A stretch of 64,000 nucleotides of DNA from Sphingomonas sp. (lineage in GTDB: Bacteria > Pseudomonadota > Alphaproteobacteria > Sphingomonadales > Sphingomonadaceae). The stretch lies in assembly GCA_041659385.1 (NCBI GenBank), contig JBAZYJ010000011.1:57374-121373 (forward strand), read 5' to 3'. A model generated the notes under the pieces. The model saw only the letters and a list, made by a program, of their open reading frames with translations, had not been told where the DNA came from and searched no databases. This document shows positions 19,750 to 28,439 of this stretch, piece by piece. Both the position numbers and the translations under genes were made by a program. Positions within the stretch are counted from its first letter, which is position 1; the number at the start of each line of letters is the position of its first letter.

Positions 19750-19962
19750 TCATGCCGACAATCCTCCACTTTCAAGCATCCAGGCAAAGCTGCCCAGGAT
19801 GATCGCGCCAGCGGTCAGCATCGTGCCGACGATGCGGCGGAAATAGACGGCGCCTTCGGTTTGCGACGGGCGGGTGAGGACATAGACCGCCGCCATCGCC
19901 AGTATCGCCGCGACGATGGCCATGATGACGGGCGGCGTGAGCAAGGCGAGCAGCTCGTTCAT
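19750..19962 (-). CDS. Small 2-TM hypothetical protein
   Basis: ATGA overlap with the upstream gene; two hydrophobic helices. Confidence 0.7.
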   Translation of the reverse strand: MNELLALLTPPVIMAIVAAILAMAAVYVLTRPSQTEGAVYFRRIVGTMLTAGAIILGSFAWMLESGGLSA

Positions 19963-20261
19963 CCGCGCACCACCACCCTGCGCTCGACGTAGATCTTGCG
20001 CGTGCGGTGCGAGCCGACGCCCAGGAACATGATCCCGACGAAATAGCCGAAATCATACCAGCCGCCATTGTTGGGCACCGCATAGACCGCGACATCGGGC
20101 ACGAAGATCGAGATCACCCAGGCGACCGGGAAGATGAAGCCGTGCCACACGCCCAGCCAGAAACCCGGCGCTTCGGGCGCGACCGCCACCGTCGACTGAT
20201 GCGCAGCGCACGCGGCAAGCGCGAGGGCGGGGAGGAGGGCGATGAGGCGGCGGGTTCTCAT
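19959..20261 (-). CDS. Small lipoprotein/membrane protein
   Basis: SD GAGGGGG, lipobox LAAC, GFWLGVWHGFIFP and YDFGYFVG motifs. Confidence 0.8.
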   Translation of the reverse strand: MRTRRLIALLPALALAACAAHQSTVAVAPEAPGFWLGVWHGFIFPVAWVISIFVPDVAVYAVPNNGGWYDFGYFVGIMFLGVGSHRTRKIYVERRVVVRG

Positions 20262-20289
20262 ACCCCCTCTCCCGTTGGGAGAAGGGCTG

Positions 20290-22248
20290 TCACTGGCAGG
20301 CCAGGCACTCGTCATAATCCTTCTCCGCCAGCTCGATCTGCTTGAGGTCGGGCGTGTTGTCGGCTTCCACGCCACCGGCGAAACCGGCGCGCTGGATCGA
20401 CTTGGAGCGCAGGTAATAAAGCGACTTCACGCCCAGCTCCCACGCGCGGAAGTGGAGCATCAGCAGGTCCCACTTCTCGACATCGGCGGGGATGAACAGG
20501 TTGAGCGACTGCGACTGGTCGATATACGGCGTGCGATCGGCGGCGAGTTCGATCAGCCAGCGCTGGTCGATTTCGAAGCTGGTCTTGTAGCAATCCTTTT
20601 CTTCCTGGCTGAGGAAGTCGAGATGCTGGACCGATCCGCCGCGTTCCAGAATCGAATTCCATACCGCGTCGGAATTCTTCGCCTTCTCGATCAACAGCTT
20701 TTCGAGATAGGGATTCCGGATCGAGAAACTGCCCGACAGCGTCTTGTGGGTATAGATGTTCGCCGGAATCGGTTCGATGCACGCGCTGGTGCCGCCGCAG
20801 ATGATACTGATCGACGCGGTCGGCGCGATCGCCATCTTGCACGAAAAACGTTCCATCACGCCCTGGTCGGCGGCGTCAGGGCAGGGGCCACGCTCCACCG
20901 CAAGCTGCATCGACGCTTCATCGACCTGCGCCTTGATGTGCTTGAAGATCTTGAGGTTCCACTGCTTGGCCATCGCGCCTTCGAACGGCAGGCCGCGCGC
21001 CTGGAGGAAGCTGTGATAGCCCATGACGCCCAGCCCCACCGAGCGTTCACGCGCCGCGGAATAGGCGGCACGCGCCATGCCCGGTTCCGCCCGCTCGATA
21101 TAATCCTGCAGCACGTTGTCGAGGAAGCGCATCACGTCCTCGATAAAGCCTTTCTCATCCTTCCACTCGTCCCAGGTTTCCAGGTTGAGCGACGACAGGC
21201 AGCACACCGCGGTGCGATCCTTGCCCAGATGATCCTTGCCGGTGGGCAGGGTGATTTCCGAACACAGGTTGGAGGTCGAAACCTTCAACCCGACATCGCG
21301 GTGATGCTTGGGCATCGCGCTGTTCACATGATCGCTGAACACGATGTAGGGCTCACCCGTGGCCAGCCGGGTCTCGACCAGTTTCTGGAACAGCGCGCGC
21401 GCATCGACGGTGCCGCGTACCGAACCGTCCTTGGGGCTTTTCAACGTCCATTCGGCGCCGTCGCGCACCGCTTCCATGAACGCATCGGGGATGAGCACGC
21501 CGTGGTGCAGGTTGAGCGCCTTGCGATTGAAATCGCCCGAAGGTTTGCGGATTTCGAGGAACTCCTCGATCTCCGGGTGGCTGACATCGAGATAGCACGC
21601 CGCCGAGCCGCGCCGCAGCGACCCCTGAGAGATGGCCAGCGTCAGGCTGTCCATCACGCGCACGAACGGAATGATGCCGCTGGTCTTGCCGTTCAGGCCA
21701 ACCGGCTCGCCGATGCCGCGCACCGCGCCCCAATAAGTGCCGATGCCGCCGCCGCGCGCCGCCAGCCAGACATTCTCGTTCCAGGTGTCGACAATGCCTT
21801 CCAGGCTGTCGGGCACCGAGTTGAGGTAGCACGAAATCGGCAGGCCACGTCCGGTGCCGCCGTTCGACAGCACTGGCGTCGCGGGCATGAACCACAGTTT
21901 CGAGATATAATCGTACAGCCGCTGCGCATGTGCGGCGTCATCGGCATAAGCCGACGCGACGCGCGCGAACAGATCCTGAAAGGTTTCGCCCGGCAGCAGA
22001 TAACGGTCGGTCAGCGTTTCCTTGCCGAATTCGGTCAGCCGCGCGTCGCGCGCACGATCGACCTCGATCGCATGGGTCTGGCCTGGCGTTGCCGTGGTTC
22101 CGGCGGCGGCCTTGCCTTCCTTGTTGGCGCCTTCCTCATTGGCGGTTTTCACCGCCGCGGCGACGCGTGCGGTTGTCGTCTCGATTGCCGCTTCGACAGT
22201 CGTCAGATCGTTCATGCTCGCTTCCTGGCCATCTCTGAAATCCATCGC
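20290..22248 (-). CDS. nrdA: Ribonucleotide reductase class Ia alpha subunit (no ATP cone)
   Basis: PISCYL, SNLCSEI, AVCCL, APTASIS, SLYYLRS, C-terminal CLACQ; start uncertain (22254/22248/22215). Confidence 0.95.
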   Translation of the reverse strand, partial: AMDFRDGQEASMNDLTTVEAAIETTTARVAAAVKTANEEGANKEGKAAAGTTATPGQTHAIEVDRARDARLTEFGKETLTDRYLLPGETFQDLFARVASAYADDAAHAQRLYDYISKLWFMPATPVLSNGGTGRGLPISCYLNSVPDSLEGIVDTWNENVWLAARGGGIGTYWGAVRGIGEPVGLNGKTSGIIPFVRVMDSLTLAISQGSLRRGSAACYLDVSHPEIEEFLEIRKPSGDFNRKALNLHHGVLIPDAFMEAVRDGAEWTLKSPKDGSVRGTVDARALFQKLVETRLATGEPYIVFSDHVNSAMPKHHRDVGLKVSTSNLCSEITLPTGKDHLGKDRTAVCCLSSLNLETWDEWKDEKGFIEDVMRFLDNVLQDYIERAEPGMARAAYSAARERSVGLGVMGYHSFLQARGLPFEGAMAKQWNLKIFKHIKAQVDEASMQLAVERGPCPDAADQGVMERFSCKMAIAPTASISIICGGTSACIEPIPANIYTHKTLSGSFSIRNPYLEKLLIEKAKNSDAVWNSILERGGSVQHLDFLSQEEKDCYKTSFEIDQRWLIELAADRTPYIDQSQSLNLFIPADVEKWDLLMLHFRAWELGVKSLYYLRSKSIQRAGFAGGVEADNTPDLKQIELAEKDYDECLACQ

Positions 22249-22438
22249 CATCAAACCCCTGCCAGACTAAATCTCGGGGAACGCCGCATCGCTGCCTGCG
22301 CGTTCCCGCTCCGTTCGAATCGGGGCGAACCCCAATCCTATCACATCAGGGGCGCCGAGCAGGAGAACATAATGCGTCCATCCGCCGGTTTCAGGGCGCA
22401 GGAAGGACTGCGCCGTGAACTAGGTCACGGTTGTTGTC

Positions 22439-22486
22439 CTACTAGCACTTGGGTTCGCCCCCGAACTCAACCACAACAGATTGTGC
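22439..22486 (-). promoter_or_regulatory. Tandem NrdR boxes
   Basis: Minus-strand GCACAATCTGTTGTGG (22471-22486) and the weaker ACCCAAGTGCTAGTAG (22439-22454), 32 bp apart, upstream of nrdA. Confidence 0.6.
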
Positions 22487-22625
22487 TCAATCGCGCCAGC
22501 ACGCAAGACGGTAAATGACATTTTAAGGACTCGACTCGTCGCTGATTTGAGTCGGCTCATGGCACGGTGATGAGGGCCCAGCGCACGCGACGCGTGGATT
22601 GAAGCGGCTTTCCCGAAAGGCAAGG

Positions 22626-22640
22626 GAACGAACGCGGAAC
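22626..22640. promoter_or_regulatory. Alphaproteobacterial LexA box-like direct repeat
   Basis: Exact GAAC-N7-GAAC (GTTC-N7-GTTC on the minus strand). Confidence 0.45.
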
Positions 22641-22664
22641 CGTAATTTTTTGCTGTGTACGAAC

Positions 22665-22673
22665 TTATCCACA
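22665..22673. promoter_or_regulatory. DnaA box
   Basis: Perfect TTATCCACA upstream of nrdA. Confidence 0.65.
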
Positions 22674-22823
22674 GGCTGGGCACGCAACTGCTGGTGGTCG
22701 GCGCTGGTGGTCGGCGTCCATTACTGTCCCCGACCCGTCAATCCGGCGGGGTGATTCTTGAAAATCGACTCAAAGCGGCGATGCGATCCCCATCAGTTCG
22801 GCGGGGAGGCGCGCTGGCAGCGA

Positions 22824-25481
22824 TCAACCGGCCTTGCGTGCCTTTTGTTCGGCGGCGACCGGTTGATTGAGCGCGTCGAGGTTGAACGATTCCATGAATT
22901 CGATGCCCGCCTTGCCATCGCGGGCCCAGCGGACGCGCGCGCGCAACAACTCGCCGTCGATCAGTTCGATCATGACCGGCTGATCGGTCGGATCGGTGGG
23001 GAATTCGATGCCGTCCACCATCGCGCCCGACGACGAGATATTACGGATGCGCACTTCGCCGCGCACACCGCCGATTTCCATGATCGCGGAGCGGATCGTC
23101 GTCGTCCGCGCCGAACGGCTGACGAGGAAACCCGACGGTGTCGCTTGTCCGCCGCCTTGATGCAGCAAGCGCACGACATCCGCGGTGGCCATGGGCGGAC
23201 CATAGATATAGCCCTGGATCTGGGTGCAGCCCAATTCGCGGATCAGCGTGATTTCGTCCTGGATCTCAACGCCTTCGGCGGTCGTTTCCATGCCCAGCGT
23301 GTCGGCGAGCGTGACGATGGCGCGGATGATCGGCGCGTTGCGGTTGCCCGCGATCGCGGCGCCGCGCACGAACGACTGGTCGATCTTGATCTTGTCGAAC
23401 GGCGCGCTCTTCAAATAGCCGAGCGAGGAATAGCCGGTGCCGAAATCATCCAGCGCCAGGCGAATCCCAATGCCCTTCAACGCCTTGAACATCTGATCGG
23501 TCTGGGTGCTTCCTTCCAGGAACACGCCTTCGGTGATTTCCAGTTCCAGGCGGCTGGCGGCGATGCCGGCCTTGGCAAGCGCGCTGGTGACGAGCGTCGG
23601 CAAGGCGGGATTGGCGAACTGGATCGGTGAGACGTTGACGCCAACCCGGACATCCTGTGGCCAGGTCGCCGCATCCAGACAGGCGGTCCGCAATGCCCAC
23701 TCGCCGATCGATTCGATCAGGCCGCAATCCTCTGCGATCGGGATGAATTCGGTGGGGCTGATCAGGCCGCGAACGGGGTGCTCCCAGCGGAGCAGCGCTT
23801 CATAGCCGACAATGCGCTCGCTTATCGTGGAGACCACCGGTTGATAGACCAGGTGGAATTCCCGCTTGATGAGTGCATCGCGCAGATCGTCTTCAAGCTG
23901 TTTGCGGTTCTGCGCGCCGTGAAGCAGTTCGGCGCGATAGAAACGGTGGACCCCGCGCCCTTCCGCCTTTGCCGCATACAGCGCGAGATCGGCATTGCGG
24001 ATCAGCGTTTCGGAATTGTCGCCGTCATTGGGGGCAATGGCGATACCGATCGAACAGCCGATGGTGATCGAGGCGCCATCGATCGAATAGGGTTGCGACA
24101 GCGAACCGATAATATCCCGCGCCAGATCGGACAGCCGGTCGATATTGCTTTCGCCCGGCACAAGAACCTGGAATTCGTCGCCGCCCAACCGACCGACCAG
24201 GCCAACATCGCCGACGCTGCGCAACAAGCGCTGGCCGACCTTTTTGAGCAGCGTGTCGCCGGTCTGGTGGCCCAGCGTATCGTTGACCACCTTGAACCGG
24301 TCGAGATCGAGCAGCAGCAGCGCGGTTGGCCGGCGCATCGGCCCCGGCTGGTTGAGCGTCTGGTCGAGCGACAAGCGCATCCGCTGGCGATTGGACAGGC
24401 CGGTGAGCGAATCGAACAATGCCAGCCGGGTGATTTCCGCGTCGGCTCGGCGCTTTTCGGTCAGGTCGCTGCCGCTGCCGACAAAGCCCTGAAACCGGCC
24501 CAGCGTGTCGGTTACCGGGCGGCCGGACATCGACCACCAGCGGTCGCTCAGCCGATCAGCGGCGGCGCGCACCGAATAATCGCTGAATGCGGTGCGTGAC
24601 GACAGGTGAAACGCTAATGTACGCTCGGTGCCGGGTTCGGCGCCATCCATGCGGAACACACTGGTCAGCGGCTCGCCAATAGGGCTGGTGCTGCCAACGG
24701 CCAGCGCATCGGCCACCTTGGTCGACAGATAGCTGATCCTGCCGTCCTTGTCGGACTGCCAGAACCAGCCGGTGCCGTGGCTTTCGAATTCGCGGACAAG
24801 CTGCGCGGCCAACCGGCCGTCATCGCTGACGCGTGCGGTGCCAAGCGCGATTTCATGGTCGAGCAGCGCCAGCCGCCGGGTCGATATGATAAGGCAGACA
24901 AGGCACCCCAATGCGATGACCGTGGCCGATCCCAGGCCGGTGTAGATCGACACCGTGGCTGCGATGAAGGCGGCATAGGCAAGCAGACCCGCGCGGATCG
25001 GGTGCAGGGTCAGGCCAGTCACGCCCAAAGCGCCGAGCGTGGCGACGAAAACCGCGATCTGGGCGCTGCCGCCGGGCAGGCTGGTCGCGCCCCACAGCAT
25101 CGACCCCAGGCCTGCCGCCTGAATCGCGCCGAGCAGCACGACCAGACGATAATGGTGATGCGGCATCCATGTGCGCATCGGCGCCATCATCAGGCAGAAC
25201 GTCAGCGTCAAGGCACTGAAAAGTGACGTGCTGGCGGCGACGGCTGCCTGGATGGCCAGCGCGGATTGCCCGGACAGCAAGGGAGCGCCGATCGCGGTTG
25301 CCGCCGCGACGATCTGGACGAACAGCATCGCGGGCAACGCCGCGGCCACAGCGCGCAATTGGCTCTGGCGATCGACCACATCCTTGTAATTCGTCGAGTC
25401 GCCAAGGCCAAGCGCTTCCCAAAAGCGTGGCTGGGGCTGTTCGTTGACTGGTGTTGAGAAATGGGGCGAGCGACGCGGCAT
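22824..25481 (-). CDS. Membrane-anchored PAS-GGDEF-EAL protein with C-terminal PilZ domain
   Basis: About 5-6 TM, PAS (WFWQSDKDG), RLGGDEF, YEALLRW, DDFGTGYSS, PilZ-like RSAR...NISSSG. Confidence 0.9.
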   Translation of the reverse strand: MPRRSPHFSTPVNEQPQPRFWEALGLGDSTNYKDVVDRQSQLRAVAAALPAMLFVQIVAAATAIGAPLLSGQSALAIQAAVAASTSLFSALTLTFCLMMAPMRTWMPHHHYRLVVLLGAIQAAGLGSMLWGATSLPGGSAQIAVFVATLGALGVTGLTLHPIRAGLLAYAAFIAATVSIYTGLGSATVIALGCLVCLIISTRRLALLDHEIALGTARVSDDGRLAAQLVREFESHGTGWFWQSDKDGRISYLSTKVADALAVGSTSPIGEPLTSVFRMDGAEPGTERTLAFHLSSRTAFSDYSVRAAADRLSDRWWSMSGRPVTDTLGRFQGFVGSGSDLTEKRRADAEITRLALFDSLTGLSNRQRMRLSLDQTLNQPGPMRRPTALLLLDLDRFKVVNDTLGHQTGDTLLKKVGQRLLRSVGDVGLVGRLGGDEFQVLVPGESNIDRLSDLARDIIGSLSQPYSIDGASITIGCSIGIAIAPNDGDNSETLIRNADLALYAAKAEGRGVHRFYRAELLHGAQNRKQLEDDLRDALIKREFHLVYQPVVSTISERIVGYEALLRWEHPVRGLISPTEFIPIAEDCGLIESIGEWALRTACLDAATWPQDVRVGVNVSPIQFANPALPTLVTSALAKAGIAASRLELEITEGVFLEGSTQTDQMFKALKGIGIRLALDDFGTGYSSLGYLKSAPFDKIKIDQSFVRGAAIAGNRNAPIIRAIVTLADTLGMETTAEGVEIQDEITLIRELGCTQIQGYIYGPPMATADVVRLLHQGGGQATPSGFLVSRSARTTTIRSAIMEIGGVRGEVRIRNISSSGAMVDGIEFPTDPTDQPVMIELIDGELLRARVRWARDGKAGIEFMESFNLDALNQPVAAEQKARKAG

Positions 25482-25575
25482 CGCGGAGGTTTACGACCGG
25501 CGCCTTTCGGATTTCCTGTGCACTTGTAGTAAATGCAGAATTTACGCTGATTGGAACAACGCCCGGCTGGCTGGC

Positions 25576-25627
25576 GGATTGCGCGGCGGCGCATGAACGC
25601 TGGATTGCGCGGCGGCGCATGAACGCT
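25576..25627. repeat. Exact 26-bp tandem duplication
   Basis: GGATTGCGCGGCGGCGCATGAACGCT x2. Confidence 0.95.
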
Positions 25628-25666
25628 AAGGGAGAATTCACCCTTTCCCAAGACGGACGGACCTTC

Positions 25667-27190
25667 ATGACCATCATCATCCGCGAAGCCGATCTGATCG
25701 ACAGCGTTGCCGACGCGCTGCAGTTCATCAGCTATTTTCACCCGATGGATTATATCCGCGCGCTGGGTGCGGCGTATGAGGCTGAGCAATCGCCCGCCGC
25801 CAAGGACGCGATCGCGCAGATCCTGACCAACAGCCGCATGTGCGCAGAAGGGCACCGGCCGATCTGCCAGGATACCGGCATCGTCAATGTCTTCATCAAA
25901 TGGGGCATGGACTGCCGCCTTGATGACACCGCCCGGCCGTTGCAGGACGTGGTTGATGAAGGCGTGCGCCGCGCCTATCTGAACCCGGAAAACAAGCTGC
26001 GCGCCTCGGTCCTTGCCGATCCTGCTTTCACGCGCCGCAATACCAGGGACAACACGCCCTGCGTCCTGCATGTCGAGATGGTGCCGGGTGCCAAGGTGTC
26101 GGTCGATGTCGCGGCCAAGGGGGGCGGCAGCGAGAACAAGTCGAAGTTCAAGATGATGAACCCCAGCGATTCGATCGTCGACTGGGTGCTGGAAATGCTG
26201 CCGCAAATGGGTGCCGGCTGGTGCCCGCCGGGGATGCTCGGCATCGGCATCGGCGGCACGGCGGAACATTGCGTGCTGCTGGCCAAGCAAGCGCTGATGG
26301 AACCTATCGACATGGCGCAACTGAAGCTGCGCGGCCCGAAAAACGATATCGAGGCGCTGCGCATCGAGATTTTCGACAAGGTCAATGCGCTGGGCATCGG
26401 CGCGCAGGGGCTGGGCGGGCTGTCGACCATCCTCGACGTGAAGATCATGGACGCGCCTTGCCACGCCGCGGGCAAACCGGTGGCGATGATCCCCAATTGC
26501 GCCGCCACCCGCCACGCGCACTTCACGCTCGACGGGTCAGGCCCCGCCTATCTCGAAGCGCCGAAACTCGACGAATGGCCCAAGGTCGATTGGCAGCCCG
26601 ATGCGGCAGCGATCCGCGTCGATCTCGACACGCTGACGCCTGAGGTGGTGCAGAGCTGGAAACAGGGCGACCGCCTGCTGCTCAACGGCAAGATGCTCAC
26701 TGGCCGCGACGCCGCGCACAAGCGGATCAAGGACATGCTCGACGCGGGCGAGCCGCTGCCGGTCGAGTTCCGCGGCCGCGTCATCTATTATGTCGGCCCG
26801 GTCGATCCGGTGGGCGAGGAAGTCGTCGGCCCGGCAGGCCCCACCACCGCAACGCGGATGGACAAGTTCACGCGGATGATGCTGGAACAAGGCCTGCTGG
26901 CGATGGTCGGCAAGGCTGAACGCGGGCCAATGGCGGTGGAGGCGATCCGCGACCACAAGAGCGCCTATCTGATGGCAGTCGGCGGTGCGGCTTATCTGGT
27001 CGCGCGCGCGATCAAGGGATCGAAAGTGGTGGGCTTCGCCGATCTGGGCATGGAAGCGATCTACGAATTCGAAGTGCAGGATTTCCCGGTGACGGTCGCG
27101 GTCGACAGCGAAGGCAACAATGTCCACCAGCTCGCGCCCTTGGTGTGGAAGGAAAAGATCGCGCGTGAAGGGTTGTTGCAGGGCGCGTGA
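25667..27190 (+). CDS. fumA: Class I (Fe-S) fumarate hydratase
   Basis: RPICQDTG, AAKGGGSEN, GWCPPG, GPTTATRMD motifs; start could be 25619. Confidence 0.93.
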   Translation: MTIIIREADLIDSVADALQFISYFHPMDYIRALGAAYEAEQSPAAKDAIAQILTNSRMCAEGHRPICQDTGIVNVFIKWGMDCRLDDTARPLQDVVDEGVRRAYLNPENKLRASVLADPAFTRRNTRDNTPCVLHVEMVPGAKVSVDVAAKGGGSENKSKFKMMNPSDSIVDWVLEMLPQMGAGWCPPGMLGIGIGGTAEHCVLLAKQALMEPIDMAQLKLRGPKNDIEALRIEIFDKVNALGIGAQGLGGLSTILDVKIMDAPCHAAGKPVAMIPNCAATRHAHFTLDGSGPAYLEAPKLDEWPKVDWQPDAAAIRVDLDTLTPEVVQSWKQGDRLLLNGKMLTGRDAAHKRIKDMLDAGEPLPVEFRGRVIYYVGPVDPVGEEVVGPAGPTTATRMDKFTRMMLEQGLLAMVGKAERGPMAVEAIRDHKSAYLMAVGGAAYLVARAIKGSKVVGFADLGMEAIYEFEVQDFPVTVAVDSEGNNVHQLAPLVWKEKIAREGLLQGA

Positions 27191-27263
27191 GAATGGTTTT
27201 CGGCGGCCATTCGACTGAACATTGCCGTCATGCGCGGCGTGGCGGGAATCGAGGTTGCCGCCG

Positions 27264-28439
27264 ATGATCCGGCGCGTGTCGGGCTGGGCGGCGGCAATCC
27301 TGCTATGGCTGGTCATCATCGTCAGCCTGGCGATTGCGGTCGCCCCGCAATTTCTCGACGCGGTGTATTATCGCGGGGCGGTGTCGGGCCATTTTGACGG
27401 GCAGCGGTTCTTCAATCCCGATGGCGATCCGTTGGTGACGCCGCGCACCGACGGGCGGGCACGGGCGCGGTTCATCACGCGTTTTCTCACCGCGCGCAGC
27501 GTCGGCCCGGCCTGGCCAGACCATGTTGCCGTTCGCCCGATCGATCCGCCGCGCCGCGTTGCGGGTACGCGCATGGTGGTGACCTGGGTCGGCCATTCAA
27601 CCGTGCTGGTCCAGACGCAGGGGGTGAATATCCTGACCGACCCGACCTGGGCCGCGCATAGTGGCCCATTGGGCATCGGGCCGAAGCGCGTCGCTGATCC
27701 CGGCATTGCGTTCGATCGCTTGCCCCGCATCGACGTCGTGCTGGTCAGCCACGACCATTATGACCATCTTGACCTCGATACCCTGAAACGCCTGTGGGCA
27801 CGCGACCGGCCGATGGTGGTCACCAGCCTGGGCAATGACCGGGTGATCGGCGAAGCGGGCGTGCCTGCCGTGGCGCGCGACTGGGGCGGGCGAGTGACGG
27901 TTCGGCCGGGCATCGACGTCGTCGTCACGCGCGCGCATCATTGGGGCAGCCGCTGGTTCAGCGATCGCAACCGGGCGCTGTGGTCGGGCTTTGTCGTGAC
28001 GCTGCCCGGCGGCAACCTGTTCTTTGCGGGCGATACGGGCGCGGGTGATCTGCGCTGGGCCGATGCCGCGGCGGCTTATGGGCCGATCCGGCTGGCGCTG
28101 ATCCCCATCGGCGCCTTTCGCTTTGAACCCGGACAGATGGAAGCAGGCGCGCATATCGGCCCGGTCGACGCGGTTGAAGTGTTTCGCCGCCTGCGCGCCG
28201 CGCGCGGCATCGGCGTGCATTGGGGAACCTATCGGCTGAGCTACGAACAATATCGGACGCCGCCCCGGCTGCTGGCCGCCGCGATGCGTTGCACGCGGGA
28301 AAGCGGGGTTTTCGATACCGTTGCAATGGGGCAGCCGCAGCAGGTCGCGCCCTATGCGCCGCCCGTGGCCGTGCCGGTTATGCCCCGTCGGGCGTTGCTC
28401 GATTGCCTGGCGGCGTCGGGGGCAAGCGCGTTTCGCTGA
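27264..28439 (+). CDS. MBL-fold metallo-hydrolase (NAPE-PLD/RomA-like)
   Basis: SHDHYDHLD, HWGSR, FAGDTG, PIGAF, HWGTY. Confidence 0.9.
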   Translation: MIRRVSGWAAAILLWLVIIVSLAIAVAPQFLDAVYYRGAVSGHFDGQRFFNPDGDPLVTPRTDGRARARFITRFLTARSVGPAWPDHVAVRPIDPPRRVAGTRMVVTWVGHSTVLVQTQGVNILTDPTWAAHSGPLGIGPKRVADPGIAFDRLPRIDVVLVSHDHYDHLDLDTLKRLWARDRPMVVTSLGNDRVIGEAGVPAVARDWGGRVTVRPGIDVVVTRAHHWGSRWFSDRNRALWSGFVVTLPGGNLFFAGDTGAGDLRWADAAAAYGPIRLALIPIGAFRFEPGQMEAGAHIGPVDAVEVFRRLRAARGIGVHWGTYRLSYEQYRTPPRLLAAAMRCTRESGVFDTVAMGQPQQVAPYAPPVAVPVMPRRALLDCLAASGASAFR

